Shown: positions 1 through 8,803, counted from the stretch's first letter. The stretch: 20,904 nt of DNA from Coleofasciculus chthonoplastes F2-STO-03 (GCA_040222015.1 JAVJWO010000156.1:1-20904); one strand, 5' to 3'. The notes: generated by a model from the sequence alone, not told the origin. Numbers and translations: made by a program.

Positions 1-137
1 GCCTTTATATAACAAAAGGTTTGGGCGTTATCTGGATGTTTTTCTCAATTTTGAATAGCTGAGGCGCTACAATTATTATGGGGCTTGGTTTTTGATTGTT
101 TAAACTGATAGTTTAGCATAGTAACTCCGGAAGAACC
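1..137. mobile_element. Possible terminal end of an insertion sequence abutting the truncated sulfotransferase
   Basis: The sulfotransferase-like frame is closed by TAG at 114-116, and protein-like sequence starts abruptly at 138 (E-L-S-R-E-P). The bases just before read CCGGAAGAACC (minus strand GGTTCTTCCGG), which I recall as resembling the termini of some cyanobacterial DDE IS elements; this is unverified. No transposase lies inside the window. Confidence 0.35.
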
Positions 138-491
138 GAATTGTCGAGGGAACCTCATGTTACTTTACAAAAGGTTTTTATGCATTTAAAATTGGATGAA
201 AACATTTACTTTAAAAAGCCCTTCAAGCCATTCCACAGTTCCGACGATAAAAGGCGAAAAAATAATTGGGGGGAGCGTATACAAAAGATACCTTTTATTA
301 AAGTGATCGAAAAAATGCCGCCTCAAATAAGCTGGCATATTAATCAAATACTTTATTGGCCATTTTCCCAGAAAATATATCGACCAATATTAGAACAAGA
401 CTTACACAATAAATTATCTGATTATCTGCGAGATGATATAAATTTATTGAGAGCTTACACGGGTAAACAGTTTAATGATTGGTGTGTTTAG
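138..491 (+). pseudogene. C-terminal fragment of a sulfotransferase-family protein (5' part missing)
   Basis: ELSREPHVTLQKVFMHL...LSDYLRDDINLLRAYTGKQFNDW resembles the C-terminal third of bacterial sulfotransferases. There is no PAPS-binding N-terminus, the ORF has only a TTG start, in-frame stops lie upstream (60-62, 114-116), and an intact sulfotransferase follows. Confidence 0.6.
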
Positions 492-545
492 TATTTTAAT
501 TGTTTAATTTTTGCATTTTTTGTTTAGAGGAGTAATACAAAACCA

Positions 546-1412
546 ATGAGCAACAATCTTTATGACGCTGACATCTTCAAAAGCATTAAAGATATTAGTT
601 TAATTTCTTGGTTATACACCAAGTCACTAGTAAAAAGCTTTACCCGTGACTCTCACTTTGAGTCTATCAATAAATATTGTATGTTTATTGGATATTCAAA
701 AAGTGGAAAGACTTTTTTGTCATCATTACTCGATGCTCATCCTCACATCGTATTTGCTAATGAATTGCCCGTCCTCAGATATGTTGATATCGGATTTAAT
801 CGACTGCAAATTTTTAATCTCATCTTAGAAAATTCCCGTATTTTTACAGAAGCTGGTAGAAGTTCTCGTGGCTATTCATACCAAGTTCATAATCAATGGC
901 AAGGAAGATTTAATCAGCAAATTAAAGTCATTGGAGATAATAAAGGAGAAGATACAACACTAAGATTACGAGGAAGACTATGGATGCTACAGCGTCTCCA
1001 TAATACTATTGGATTGAATATAAAATTTATACATTTTATTAGGAATCCGTTCGATAATATCAGCTATATGGCTATGGTAAAAAAAAGCAAATTAAACCTT
1101 GAGCAGTGTATTTACTATTATTTTGGATTATGTGAAACCATGCTTACTATAAAGGATGTAATAGATAGTAATGATTTATTTGAAATACGCTATGATTCTT
1201 TGGTAGATAACCCTCGATATTACCTAGAAAATATATGTCAATTCTTAGGTTTAAATGCTCCGGACGATTATTTAGATGATTGTACAAGCATTGTCTTTGA
1301 ACACCCTGTTAAAAGTCGATACGATGTGAATTGGAGTCAAGACTTAATTGATCTTGTCCATAATAAAATCAAGAAAATTTCATTTTTAGAGGGATATACT
1401 TATAGCAATTAA
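546..1412 (+). CDS. Sulfotransferase family protein (P-loop fold)
   Basis: 5'-PSB-like motif FIGYSKSGKTFLSSLLDAHP, 3'-PB motif KFIHFIRNPFDNI, and IRYDSLVDNP...ICQFLGL, all typical of the family. A GAGGAG SD-like sequence lies upstream at 527-532. Confidence 0.85.
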   Translation: MSNNLYDADIFKSIKDISLISWLYTKSLVKSFTRDSHFESINKYCMFIGYSKSGKTFLSSLLDAHPHIVFANELPVLRYVDIGFNRLQIFNLILENSRIFTEAGRSSRGYSYQVHNQWQGRFNQQIKVIGDNKGEDTTLRLRGRLWMLQRLHNTIGLNIKFIHFIRNPFDNISYMAMVKKSKLNLEQCIYYYFGLCETMLTIKDVIDSNDLFEIRYDSLVDNPRYYLENICQFLGLNAPDDYLDDCTSIVFEHPVKSRYDVNWSQDLIDLVHNKIKKISFLEGYTYSN

Positions 1413-1453
1413 AGCAATGTTTACTACCTGAATATAACCTGTGAAGATTGAGC

Positions 1454-2914
1454 ATGAGTATAAAGCAAAAAGCAATTAAAGCTGTAATTTGGTCTGCCAT
1501 ACAAAACTGGGGAAGTCAGGCTGGTTCTCTTATTGTTTTTGTTATTCTAGCTCGCTTATTGACTCCAGAAGCATTTGGTATAGTCGCTTTAGCAAATGTC
1601 TTCTTAGCGTTCATGAATATCTTTCTTGACCAAGGCTTTGCAAAAGCTCTAATTCAACGTCAAGATTTAGAACCAGAACATCTAGATACAGCTTTTTGGA
1701 CTCATGTGAGCAGTGGTATAGTGTTAACAGGATTGAGTTTTATCACCGCTGGTTTAGTTGCTGACTTGTTCGAGCAACCACAGCTCATACCTATACTGCA
1801 ATGCTTCTCTTTTCTATTTTTCATTAATTCTCTCAGCCATGTCCAGAAAGCTATTCTCATGCGAGAATTTGCTTTTCAAACTATGGCAACTCGTGCGCTG
1901 TTAGGCATTTTTATCGGTGGTTTTGTTGGAATTGTGATGGCTTTGTGGGGTTTCGGAGTGTGGAGCCTAGTTACTCAGCAATTTCTGTATGAATTTGTGG
2001 AAGTTTTTGTCCTTTGGGGAGCGAGTGATTGGCGACCAAGATTTAAATTTTCTCTTAAACACTTCCAAGATCTATTTAGCTTTGGTATTAATATCGTTAT
2101 ATTGCAATTCATAAATTTTTTCAATAAACGCTCCGATAATTTACTTATTGGATACTTTTTGGGAGACGTTGCTCTAGGATATTACGCGATCGCCTATCGA
2201 GTGTTCAAGGTAATGACTCAGTTACTGGTGTTTACAACAAAGCAGGTTGCGCTGCCTACGTTTTCACGATTGCAAACAGAACCAGAACGATTTCGTAAAG
2301 CCTTTTATAAAGCGACTAAGTTTACCAGTTTAGTGGCTTTCCCCACATTTCTGGGCATGACAATCTTAGCTCCTGAACTCGTTTTTGTCCTATTTGGAGA
2401 GAAATGGATACCTGCTGTCCCAGTCATGCAAGTTCTCGCATTCGCTGGAATCATCAACTCGATATCCTTATTTAAAGGCTCTGTATTCATGGCGATGGGT
2501 AAGCCATCCTGGAAACTTAAGATAGGTCTTTTACATACTGCTCTAAATTTGGTTGGTTTTCTAGTAGCTGTTCGTTGGGGAATTGTTGCAGTTGCTCTAG
2601 CCTATGTAATTAGCAGCTATATAATCTTTCCGATTAGCCAATGGGCAATTAGCAAGTTGATCAAAACTCCACTTCTTATATACCTAAAGCAATTCATGAC
2701 GCCACTTGTAAGTTCTTTTTTGATGGTTGTTTGTATTTTGATAGCTAAGAAAATTGTAATTGATTTAGTCAACCAGCAAGTCTTGTTGGTTGTTTGTATA
2801 TTTATAGGGACACTAATTTATGTATTAACAATTAGAATAATTGACCCAGAACTATTTCAAGAATTACGAGACATCCCTCGTGGACTGTCATTGTTTTCAA
2901 AAGAAAATAAGTAA
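1454..2914 (+). CDS. Wzx/MOP-family polysaccharide flippase (lipopolysaccharide biosynthesis protein)
   Basis: Many hydrophobic helices, with motifs LARLLTPEAFGIVA, ALIQRQ, GFGVWSLV, DNLLIGYFLG..ALGYYAIAY and LFGEKW. ATG at 1454 is preferred over the TTG at 1448. Confidence 0.92.
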   Translation: MSIKQKAIKAVIWSAIQNWGSQAGSLIVFVILARLLTPEAFGIVALANVFLAFMNIFLDQGFAKALIQRQDLEPEHLDTAFWTHVSSGIVLTGLSFITAGLVADLFEQPQLIPILQCFSFLFFINSLSHVQKAILMREFAFQTMATRALLGIFIGGFVGIVMALWGFGVWSLVTQQFLYEFVEVFVLWGASDWRPRFKFSLKHFQDLFSFGINIVILQFINFFNKRSDNLLIGYFLGDVALGYYAIAYRVFKVMTQLLVFTTKQVALPTFSRLQTEPERFRKAFYKATKFTSLVAFPTFLGMTILAPELVFVLFGEKWIPAVPVMQVLAFAGIINSISLFKGSVFMAMGKPSWKLKIGLLHTALNLVGFLVAVRWGIVAVALAYVISSYIIFPISQWAISKLIKTPLLIYLKQFMTPLVSSFLMVVCILIAKKIVIDLVNQQVLLVVCIFIGTLIYVLTIRIIDPELFQELRDIPRGLSLFSKENK

Positions 2915-2949
2915 ATGGTATCTATCCTTAAAGATCCACGGAAACCTCT

Positions 2950-3876
2950 ATGACACAAAAACAGACTTTCTTTTCAATTGTTATCCCCACCTATAATCGC
3001 CCAGAACGATTAGCGACTTGTTTGGGCGCGATCGCACATCTTAACTATCCCCGCGATCGCTTCGAGGTGATCGTGGTTGACGATGGTAGCGATACGCCCA
3101 TGGAACCTGTGGTTGCTCCCTTTCGCCAACAGCTAGATATCACCTTGATTACCCAATCTAACGCGGGTCCAGCAACGGCGAGGAATAAAGGTGTAGCTAA
3201 GGCTAAAGGGGAGTTCCTCGTCTTTACCGACGATGACTGTACACCCGATCCCGATTGGTTAAAAGCCCTCGCTGATCACTTTACCACAGCACCCGACAGC
3301 TTGATTGGAGGTCTAGCCATTAATGCGCTTCCAGATAACCTCTTCTCAACTGCTAGTCAACTACTAATTGATTACCTCTACGACTACTACAATACCGATC
3401 CTAATCAAGCCACCTTCTTCGCCTCCAACAACTTCGCCCTTGCTAAAGAAACATTTCATCAGTTAGGCGGCTTCGACACCACCTTTCCCCTAGCCGCAGG
3501 AGAGGATCGGGAATGGTGCGATCGCTGGTTACACAATGGCTACCAGATGATTTATGCGCCACAAGCCAAAGTTTACCATTCTCATCATCTCACACTTAAA
3601 CGCTTCTGGCGACAGCATTTTAATTATGGGCGGGGTGCATTTCACTTTCACCAACTCCGTGCTAAACGTAACCTAGACAAGATGAAGGTAGAACCTTTCT
3701 CCTTTTATTTAGATCTACTGACTTATCCCTTTTCAAAGCCTTCCAAACAACCCAGTTTATTGCTGGCAATCTTGTTTTGCCTATCACAAGTAGCAAATGT
3801 CGCAGGTTTTTTCTGGGAACGATCAACTCAAACGACAACGGCTAAACGCCAACTCTCTCAAACTGCCTGTGATTAA
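2950..3876 (+). CDS. Glycosyltransferase family 2
   Basis: SIVIPTYNR, EVIVVDDGS, NAGPATARN.G, the DxD motif FTDDDC, and GGFD..F..AAGED. Confidence 0.93.
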   Translation: MTQKQTFFSIVIPTYNRPERLATCLGAIAHLNYPRDRFEVIVVDDGSDTPMEPVVAPFRQQLDITLITQSNAGPATARNKGVAKAKGEFLVFTDDDCTPDPDWLKALADHFTTAPDSLIGGLAINALPDNLFSTASQLLIDYLYDYYNTDPNQATFFASNNFALAKETFHQLGGFDTTFPLAAGEDREWCDRWLHNGYQMIYAPQAKVYHSHHLTLKRFWRQHFNYGRGAFHFHQLRAKRNLDKMKVEPFSFYLDLLTYPFSKPSKQPSLLLAILFCLSQVANVAGFFWERSTQTTTAKRQLSQTACD

Positions 3877-3991
3877 AGCTACAGATTGATCCGCGATCGC
3901 GTTCACTATCAGAGAGTAAAATAGGACTTGCTGCGATCGCACTATGCCTTTCCGGTGATTTAGCTGAATATTCCAATAGCCGAAAATCCCT

Positions 3992-4540
3992 ATGGTCAGA
4001 ACATTAACCCACTGGACTGTCGCCGATTATCATCAGATGATTGAAAGCGGCATTTTGGCAGGTCGCCAGGTTGAACTACTCGATGGACAAATTATCGATA
4101 TGTCTCCAGAACTTCCGATTCATCGGGTTACCTATAGACGGGGTGTTAAGTATCTAGAAGCTCTTTTATGGACTCAAGCGGTTGTCTTTGCCACAGCCCC
4201 AGTTACACTACCCAGCGATGGTGAGCCGCAACCGGATATTTGTATCGCTATACCCCCAGAATCTCGCTATGATCAGCGTCATCCCCAACCCCAGGATATT
4301 TATTGGCTAATTGAGGTATCCAATTCAACCCTTTCCTATGACTTAAACGATAAGGCTCAAATGTATGCACGGGATCAAATACGAGACTATTGGGTGATCG
4401 ATATTATCGGGAGTCAGTTGTGGGTACATCGTGAACCTAGCCAGGGAAAGTATCAATCTGTGGTGCAGTATTCGACGGGCATAATTATACCATTAGCCTT
4501 GCCAGAAGTAGAAGTTGAAGTCAATAAATTACTTCACTAA
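3992..4540 (+). CDS. Uma2 family endonuclease (DUF820, PD-(D/E)xK fold)
   Basis: WTVADYHQMIE.G, VELLDGQI..MSP, EPQPD, LIEVS.STL.YD...K...YA...I.DYWVID. Confidence 0.92.
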   Translation: MVRTLTHWTVADYHQMIESGILAGRQVELLDGQIIDMSPELPIHRVTYRRGVKYLEALLWTQAVVFATAPVTLPSDGEPQPDICIAIPPESRYDQRHPQPQDIYWLIEVSNSTLSYDLNDKAQMYARDQIRDYWVIDIIGSQLWVHREPSQGKYQSVVQYSTGIIIPLALPEVEVEVNKLLH

Positions 4541-4576
4541 GTCGAATGGCACACCGGAAAGTTAACGGCGCTGATC

Positions 4577-4604
4577 GTCATTGGTCATTGGTCATTTGTC
4601 ATTA
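4577..4604. repeat. STRR-type heptamer tandem repeat (GTCATTG x4, imperfect)
   Basis: gtcattg gtcattg gtcattt gtcatta read directly from the sequence. Confidence 0.85.
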
Positions 4605-4706
4605 GTAAGGGTTTGAGGTCTATTTACAGAACGAGTGGATTGCTGCATTTTATAGAATTGGAAGAATATTTAAAAGCTGGAAACTCGATGAGGACAATAC
4701 ACCGAA

Positions 4707-4958
4707 ATGCAGATTGTTTGGACAAGACAGGCACAGGAGCGTCAGCAACAATGGCAACAACGATTAGAGATCACTCGCCAAGAAGTTGAAACAGTATTGA
4801 TGAATCCTCAACAAGTTATAGTAGAAGATAATGTCTTCGTTTCACAATTTAGGCGTGGAGGGAGTTTACTGAGAGTTATCTTTGTTGAAATTGGTAACAA
4901 CAAACGAATTTTGACCTTGTACTGGACAAATCAAGTCAATCGATACTGGCAGGGGTAA
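4707..4958 (+). CDS. DUF4258-like small protein, putative toxin of a type II TA pair
   Basis: 83 aa with the pattern IVWTRQAQER...ITRQEVETVLMNP...LLRVIF...ILTLY, lying 4 bp upstream of a DUF2283-like gene. Confidence 0.7.
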   Translation: MQIVWTRQAQERQQQWQQRLEITRQEVETVLMNPQQVIVEDNVFVSQFRRGGSLLRVIFVEIGNNKRILTLYWTNQVNRYWQG

Positions 4959-4962
4959 ACTG

Positions 4963-5163
4963 ATGAATGTTAAATATGATTCAGATGCAGATATTCTCAT
5001 CTTTGTTTTGCGTGATGCAATTCCTGCCAATGCTATTTCTGAACCAGGAGGCGTGATTGTTAGTTATGACGAAACTGGCGAACCCATTAGTATCGAGTTT
5101 CTCAATGCCTCTCAACGCCAACTGTTTAATCCTCAAGAAACGAACCTAATCATTTCTACTTGA
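4963..5163 (+). CDS. DUF2283 domain protein, putative antitoxin
   Basis: MNVKYDSDADILIF...GVIVSYDETGEPISIEFLNAS matches the YD..AD.LY....D..G....IE.L.AS family pattern. Confidence 0.82.
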   Translation: MNVKYDSDADILIFVLRDAIPANAISEPGGVIVSYDETGEPISIEFLNASQRQLFNPQETNLIIST

Positions 5164-5255
5164 ATGCTGGAGAGCAAACAAATAGGGTTGGGGGAGATGG
5201 GAAAGAGGTAATTAGTGCTGATCCGAAGGGAGTTTCAAATCAATAAGTATGTCTT

Positions 5256-5316
5256 GTAGGGGCGAGTCGCTGGATTGTCTTGCATGGGGAAGCCTATTAA
5301 TTTGATCGACTCGCCC
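5256..5316. repeat. GTAG-headed REP-like inverted repeat doublet (GGGCGAGTCG arms)
   Basis: GTAG followed by GGGCGAGTCG (5260-5269), a 37-nt spacer, then CGACTCGCCC (5307-5316). Confidence 0.7.
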
Positions 5317-5463
5317 TCATCGGTCATCTGGAAGCCTATAATAATGTGGCACTAGCAATAAAATTGCTACAGTCCATGCGGTCTAATAACGTACCTTTTG
5401 GGCGTAAAGTAGATGAAAATGAGAAATAGCGACGATCGCGCGGATTATGACTAGAGGTGCTGA

Positions 5464-7209
5464 ATGCTTTATTTTATTATCACTTGGCTTTTTCTGATTG
5501 GTGTTTGTTTCTCAATTGGCACAGCTATCGTAAATGGGTTGCAAGCCGATCGCATTGATCGCAGAGGCGATCGCTTCATCGCCGCCGTCTGGCTGGGAAT
5601 CGTTGTCCTGTGCGTCTCTATGCTAGCAACCTCCCTGATTTTACCCTTATCTAGCGCCGTTGGTTTCGCCCTTGTCGTTGGTTTAGTCGCCCTATCTCTT
5701 CTGTCTCAGTCAACCCGGCGTGAACTGGCGACACTTCGCTCAATTTTTTCTCCCAGCTTTATGGTGGGATTTATTACCTTAGAACTAATTATTGCCGCTT
5801 TTACCAGTCAAAAAATAGTCTGGTTTGACACCGGACTTTATCACTTTGGTTCTATGCGATGGATATCTCAATTTGGCGCGGTTAATGGGTTAGCGCTAAT
5901 CAATGGCAAGTTTGGCTTTACCTCCTCTTGGTTTGCTCTCGCTGCACCACTTACATCTCCAATTTTTGGCAGTCGAGTCAGTGCGATTACGAATGGTTTT
6001 GTATTCCTTATCGCTATTTTACAATCTCTAATTACCCTAAATCAAATAGTCAGCCACAAAGGACGCTTATCAGACTGGTTTTTGGTGATATTTTCAGCAA
6101 TCGCCATTCTCGTTTATACAGGAACCGCGTTTACAGGTTCCCCGATCCTCATCTCATTTTCCCCTGATGTAACCGTAGCGTTTATTATTGGGGTGACAGC
6201 CTGGTCAATTCTAGTTATTTCCCACAGTGCTCAGTCTTCGTTAGGGAATAGTGATGCCAGAATGCCTCTTTTCGATGCCAAAACCATTCCCCTAATTCTA
6301 TCAGCCGGAGCCGTAACTATTAAACTTTCGGCGCTACCGCTACTCCCCATAGGATTTCTATTTTATCTAATGGGAAATCAGTTAACAATAAAAATTAAGC
6401 GGCTATTGACAGGCAGTGCCATTGTGATATTACTGCTCTCACCCATGGTTTTATATAGCCTGACCACATCCGGATGTCCCCTGTATCCTTCAACCTTTAT
6501 GTGCCTCGACCTGCCTTGGTCAGTTTCCATCGAAAAAGCCATAAAGGAAACTCAACCCATCAAGTTTTGGTGGGTATTTTCGGATTCAGATGAGTCTGGA
6601 CTGACAGCTATAGCTTTAGGACTGTGGCGATGGCTAAAAGGTTCGGTCAAGTCTCAAATTATGGCGTTTATTTCAATTTTTGTTGTTATTTTCTCTATCC
6701 CTATATTCCGACAATTTAGAAAACACTTAAGAATAGGTACTGCTTGGATATTATTATTGGGATTAATCGGCATTACCTTTATTATGCTCCAAAGTCCTTT
6801 ACTCCGATTTGGCTTGGGCTATTTTCTGCTTATCCCGGCTTTATTTGGGGCGATATATGGTCAAAGTCTGTTTGATAAAATTCCCTCTAAATTAACCCAG
6901 CCGTTGTTTCGATTTACTCATATCCTAAAACAAGCTCAAACAATCCTGTTGACTTCCCTATTTTTACTTGGTTTGACTACCGTTGGTCTGATTCAGGATA
7001 ATGCTCAATCGCGATTGATTGTACCTCCTCCCTTACCGAGTGTTAATCTAGTATCTGACCAAGTGAATGATGTTACTTATGTCTATCCAGCCAACTTTAC
7101 AATCCGATGTTGGGCATCTCCGTTACCCTGTTCAGCCGTACCGATTAAAAATATCAGGCTTCGCGACCCATCACAAGGAATTGGTGCTGGGTTTGTGTCT
7201 GTGAAATAA
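5464..7209 (+). CDS. Polytopic membrane protein (LIC_10190-like family; possible GT-C fold)
   Basis: 581 aa with roughly a dozen hydrophobic segments and motifs DTGLYH, GLALIN.KFGF.SSWF, SGCPLYP, PLLRFGLGY and CW.SPLPC. Confidence 0.7.
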   Translation: MLYFIITWLFLIGVCFSIGTAIVNGLQADRIDRRGDRFIAAVWLGIVVLCVSMLATSLILPLSSAVGFALVVGLVALSLLSQSTRRELATLRSIFSPSFMVGFITLELIIAAFTSQKIVWFDTGLYHFGSMRWISQFGAVNGLALINGKFGFTSSWFALAAPLTSPIFGSRVSAITNGFVFLIAILQSLITLNQIVSHKGRLSDWFLVIFSAIAILVYTGTAFTGSPILISFSPDVTVAFIIGVTAWSILVISHSAQSSLGNSDARMPLFDAKTIPLILSAGAVTIKLSALPLLPIGFLFYLMGNQLTIKIKRLLTGSAIVILLLSPMVLYSLTTSGCPLYPSTFMCLDLPWSVSIEKAIKETQPIKFWWVFSDSDESGLTAIALGLWRWLKGSVKSQIMAFISIFVVIFSIPIFRQFRKHLRIGTAWILLLGLIGITFIMLQSPLLRFGLGYFLLIPALFGAIYGQSLFDKIPSKLTQPLFRFTHILKQAQTILLTSLFLLGLTTVGLIQDNAQSRLIVPPPLPSVNLVSDQVNDVTYVYPANFTIRCWASPLPCSAVPIKNIRLRDPSQGIGAGFVSVK

Positions 7210-7460
7210 GTGCCTGGACATCAATTTTGTCGGACTGAGTTAAAGATTGTCAAAACCATGCTCTCTTTCCAACGTGAAGGGTCAAAACTCTCGCACTCAG
7301 TCGGGGCGGGTTTAGTTACATCTAGGTGCTAAGGAAAGGATAGTGGTGAAACCCGCCCCTACACAATCACGCGCCGTATCCGACTAGCTCGGCGAAGGGT
7401 CATTTCTGTTCCCTTTTCCCTAGTCTCAACTGTAAACTTTAATGAAAGTCCGACTACTTA
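7207..7460. mobile_element. Putative MITE-like element with imperfect TAAGT-N4-GGAC terminal inverted repeats, enclosing a REP doublet
   Basis: Left end TAAGTGCCTGGAC (7207-7219) and right end GTCCGACTACTTA (7448-7460; reverse complement TAAGTAGTCGGAC) match at 9 of 13 positions. The element spans almost the whole intergenic region. Confidence 0.4.
7300..7362. repeat. REP-like inverted repeat doublet (GGGGCGGGTTT...AAACCCGCCCCTAC)
   Basis: Perfect 11-bp arms at 7303-7313 and 7349-7359, a 35-nt spacer and a CTAC terminus. Confidence 0.88.
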
Positions 7461-7474
7461 GTCTATTGTCAGAT

Positions 7475-8803
7475 ATGGCAACTTATCAAGACCGAGAAGC
7501 GTTTATTCCCTATAGCCGTAGCGATTTAATCGAACTGTGCCTAGACGATAGACAGTTGCCTAACGAGAAGGTGCAACAGTTCCGGGATTTTTGTACCCTA
7601 CTTTCCGCCTATTATCATTTTAAGTTTCATGCCTATTTGGAACGGTTCAAGGATAACTATGATCCGTTCAACCCTGATGCTGATACTCAATCGAGAATTG
7701 AACTCACTCCCGATAAGTTAGCCGAACGCGAAGCGAATGTGGTTACCGACTTTCAGACGATTCTCGAACGCGCCAATTATGTTCCCCTCTCTCCGAATAG
7801 TTTACAACGCGCCTTTAATGAAAAGTCTTTAATTCAACTGAAAACGGAGGTTAATTTTGATGAATTTGATCAACTCGTCTGCTACTGTCGCGGGGATTAT
7901 GAAAAAACGATTCAGCTTAAAAAGTTTTTGAAGAAAAAAGACAAAACAATAAGTCTTTTTGAACGAGTTGTTTTATTGATTAAATTCAAAGATGCCGATT
8001 ATTTCAAACACAAAGGCGATGAACTAGATTCTCTCCAGTTCACACCAGGGAAAATGTATCTCTATTTTTACAAGAATATCCCTAAGTTTGACTTGGAAAT
8101 CCTTTTCCCTAATATCAAAATTAGCATGACCTGGAAAGACCGTCTCTTCTTAATCGTTCCGGCTGTTGGTGCCGCTGTTCCAGTCATCCTAAGAGTTCTG
8201 CCTAAACTTCTCGTTGTGATTGGGGCTATTTTATTTTTTACCATGGGACCATCGGTTCTGGACACGATTCAGGCAAGTGAAGAGGAGGTGCGTGATATTA
8301 TGCCCGTCCTCGTTGCTGTGTTATCGCTACTGGTGACATTAGGAGGTTTTGCCTATAAGCAATATAGCAATTATAAGAGTAAGCAGATTAAATTCCGCCA
8401 AACTGTGACCGAAACCCTGTTTTTTAAGAATATGGCAAATAATGCCAGCGTGTTTCATGCCTTAATTGATGCGGCGGAAGAGGAGGAATGTAAAGAGATA
8501 ATTCTAGTTTATTACCATCTTTTAATTAACCAGAATCCCCTAACTACTGCACAGTTGGACAACCGAATTGAAAGTTGGATGGATAATAAGTTTGGCACAA
8601 AGATTGACTTTGATATCAATGGTCCGATTCATAATTTAGAGAATATCCAGGGTAAACTGATGCAAGATGGCAAAGATACGGCAAGTCTCCCGGAAATTCC
8701 GTTATTGACGAAAGATAAGCGAGGATGTTGTCAGGTTCTGCCTTTAGATGATGCTAAACGATTAATCGATTACATTTGGGATCATATCTTTCTCTACACC
8801 TGA
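7475..8803 (+). CDS. DUF3754 / TMEM143-like membrane protein
   Basis: REAFIP N-terminus, FYKNIPK.DLEILFPN, two TM helices, LFFKNMANNASV...LIDAAEEEE.KE..L.Y and IDFDI. ATG 7475 is preferred over 7442, which falls inside the repeat end. Confidence 0.8.
   Translation: MATYQDREAFIPYSRSDLIELCLDDRQLPNEKVQQFRDFCTLLSAYYHFKFHAYLERFKDNYDPFNPDADTQSRIELTPDKLAEREANVVTDFQTILERANYVPLSPNSLQRAFNEKSLIQLKTEVNFDEFDQLVCYCRGDYEKTIQLKKFLKKKDKTISLFERVVLLIKFKDADYFKHKGDELDSLQFTPGKMYLYFYKNIPKFDLEILFPNIKISMTWKDRLFLIVPAVGAAVPVILRVLPKLLVVIGAILFFTMGPSVLDTIQASEEEVRDIMPVLVAVLSLLVTLGGFAYKQYSNYKSKQIKFRQTVTETLFFKNMANNASVFHALIDAAEEEECKEIILVYYHLLINQNPLTTAQLDNRIESWMDNKFGTKIDFDINGPIHNLENIQGKLMQDGKDTASLPEIPLLTKDKRGCCQVLPLDDAKRLIDYIWDHIFLYT

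Noticed and set aside
646..828. 60-aa alternative-frame ORF
   Set aside because: It lies wholly inside the sulfotransferase gene and has no recognisable motif.
2305..2490. Antisense ORFs inside long genes (also 8068-8265, 10121-10411, 10817-11026, 12405-12863, 14048-14374, 14934-15305, 15848-16048, 16149-16349, 18922-19206, 19779-20156)
   Set aside because: They are shadows of well-supported + strand genes and show no family motifs.
5928..6167. Same-strand alternative-frame ORFs (also 15187-15372, 16773-16967, 18854-19234, 17799-18005) and 17881-18078 opposite the Mo-nitrogenase C-terminal gene
   Set aside because: They overlap better-supported genes and have no motif support.
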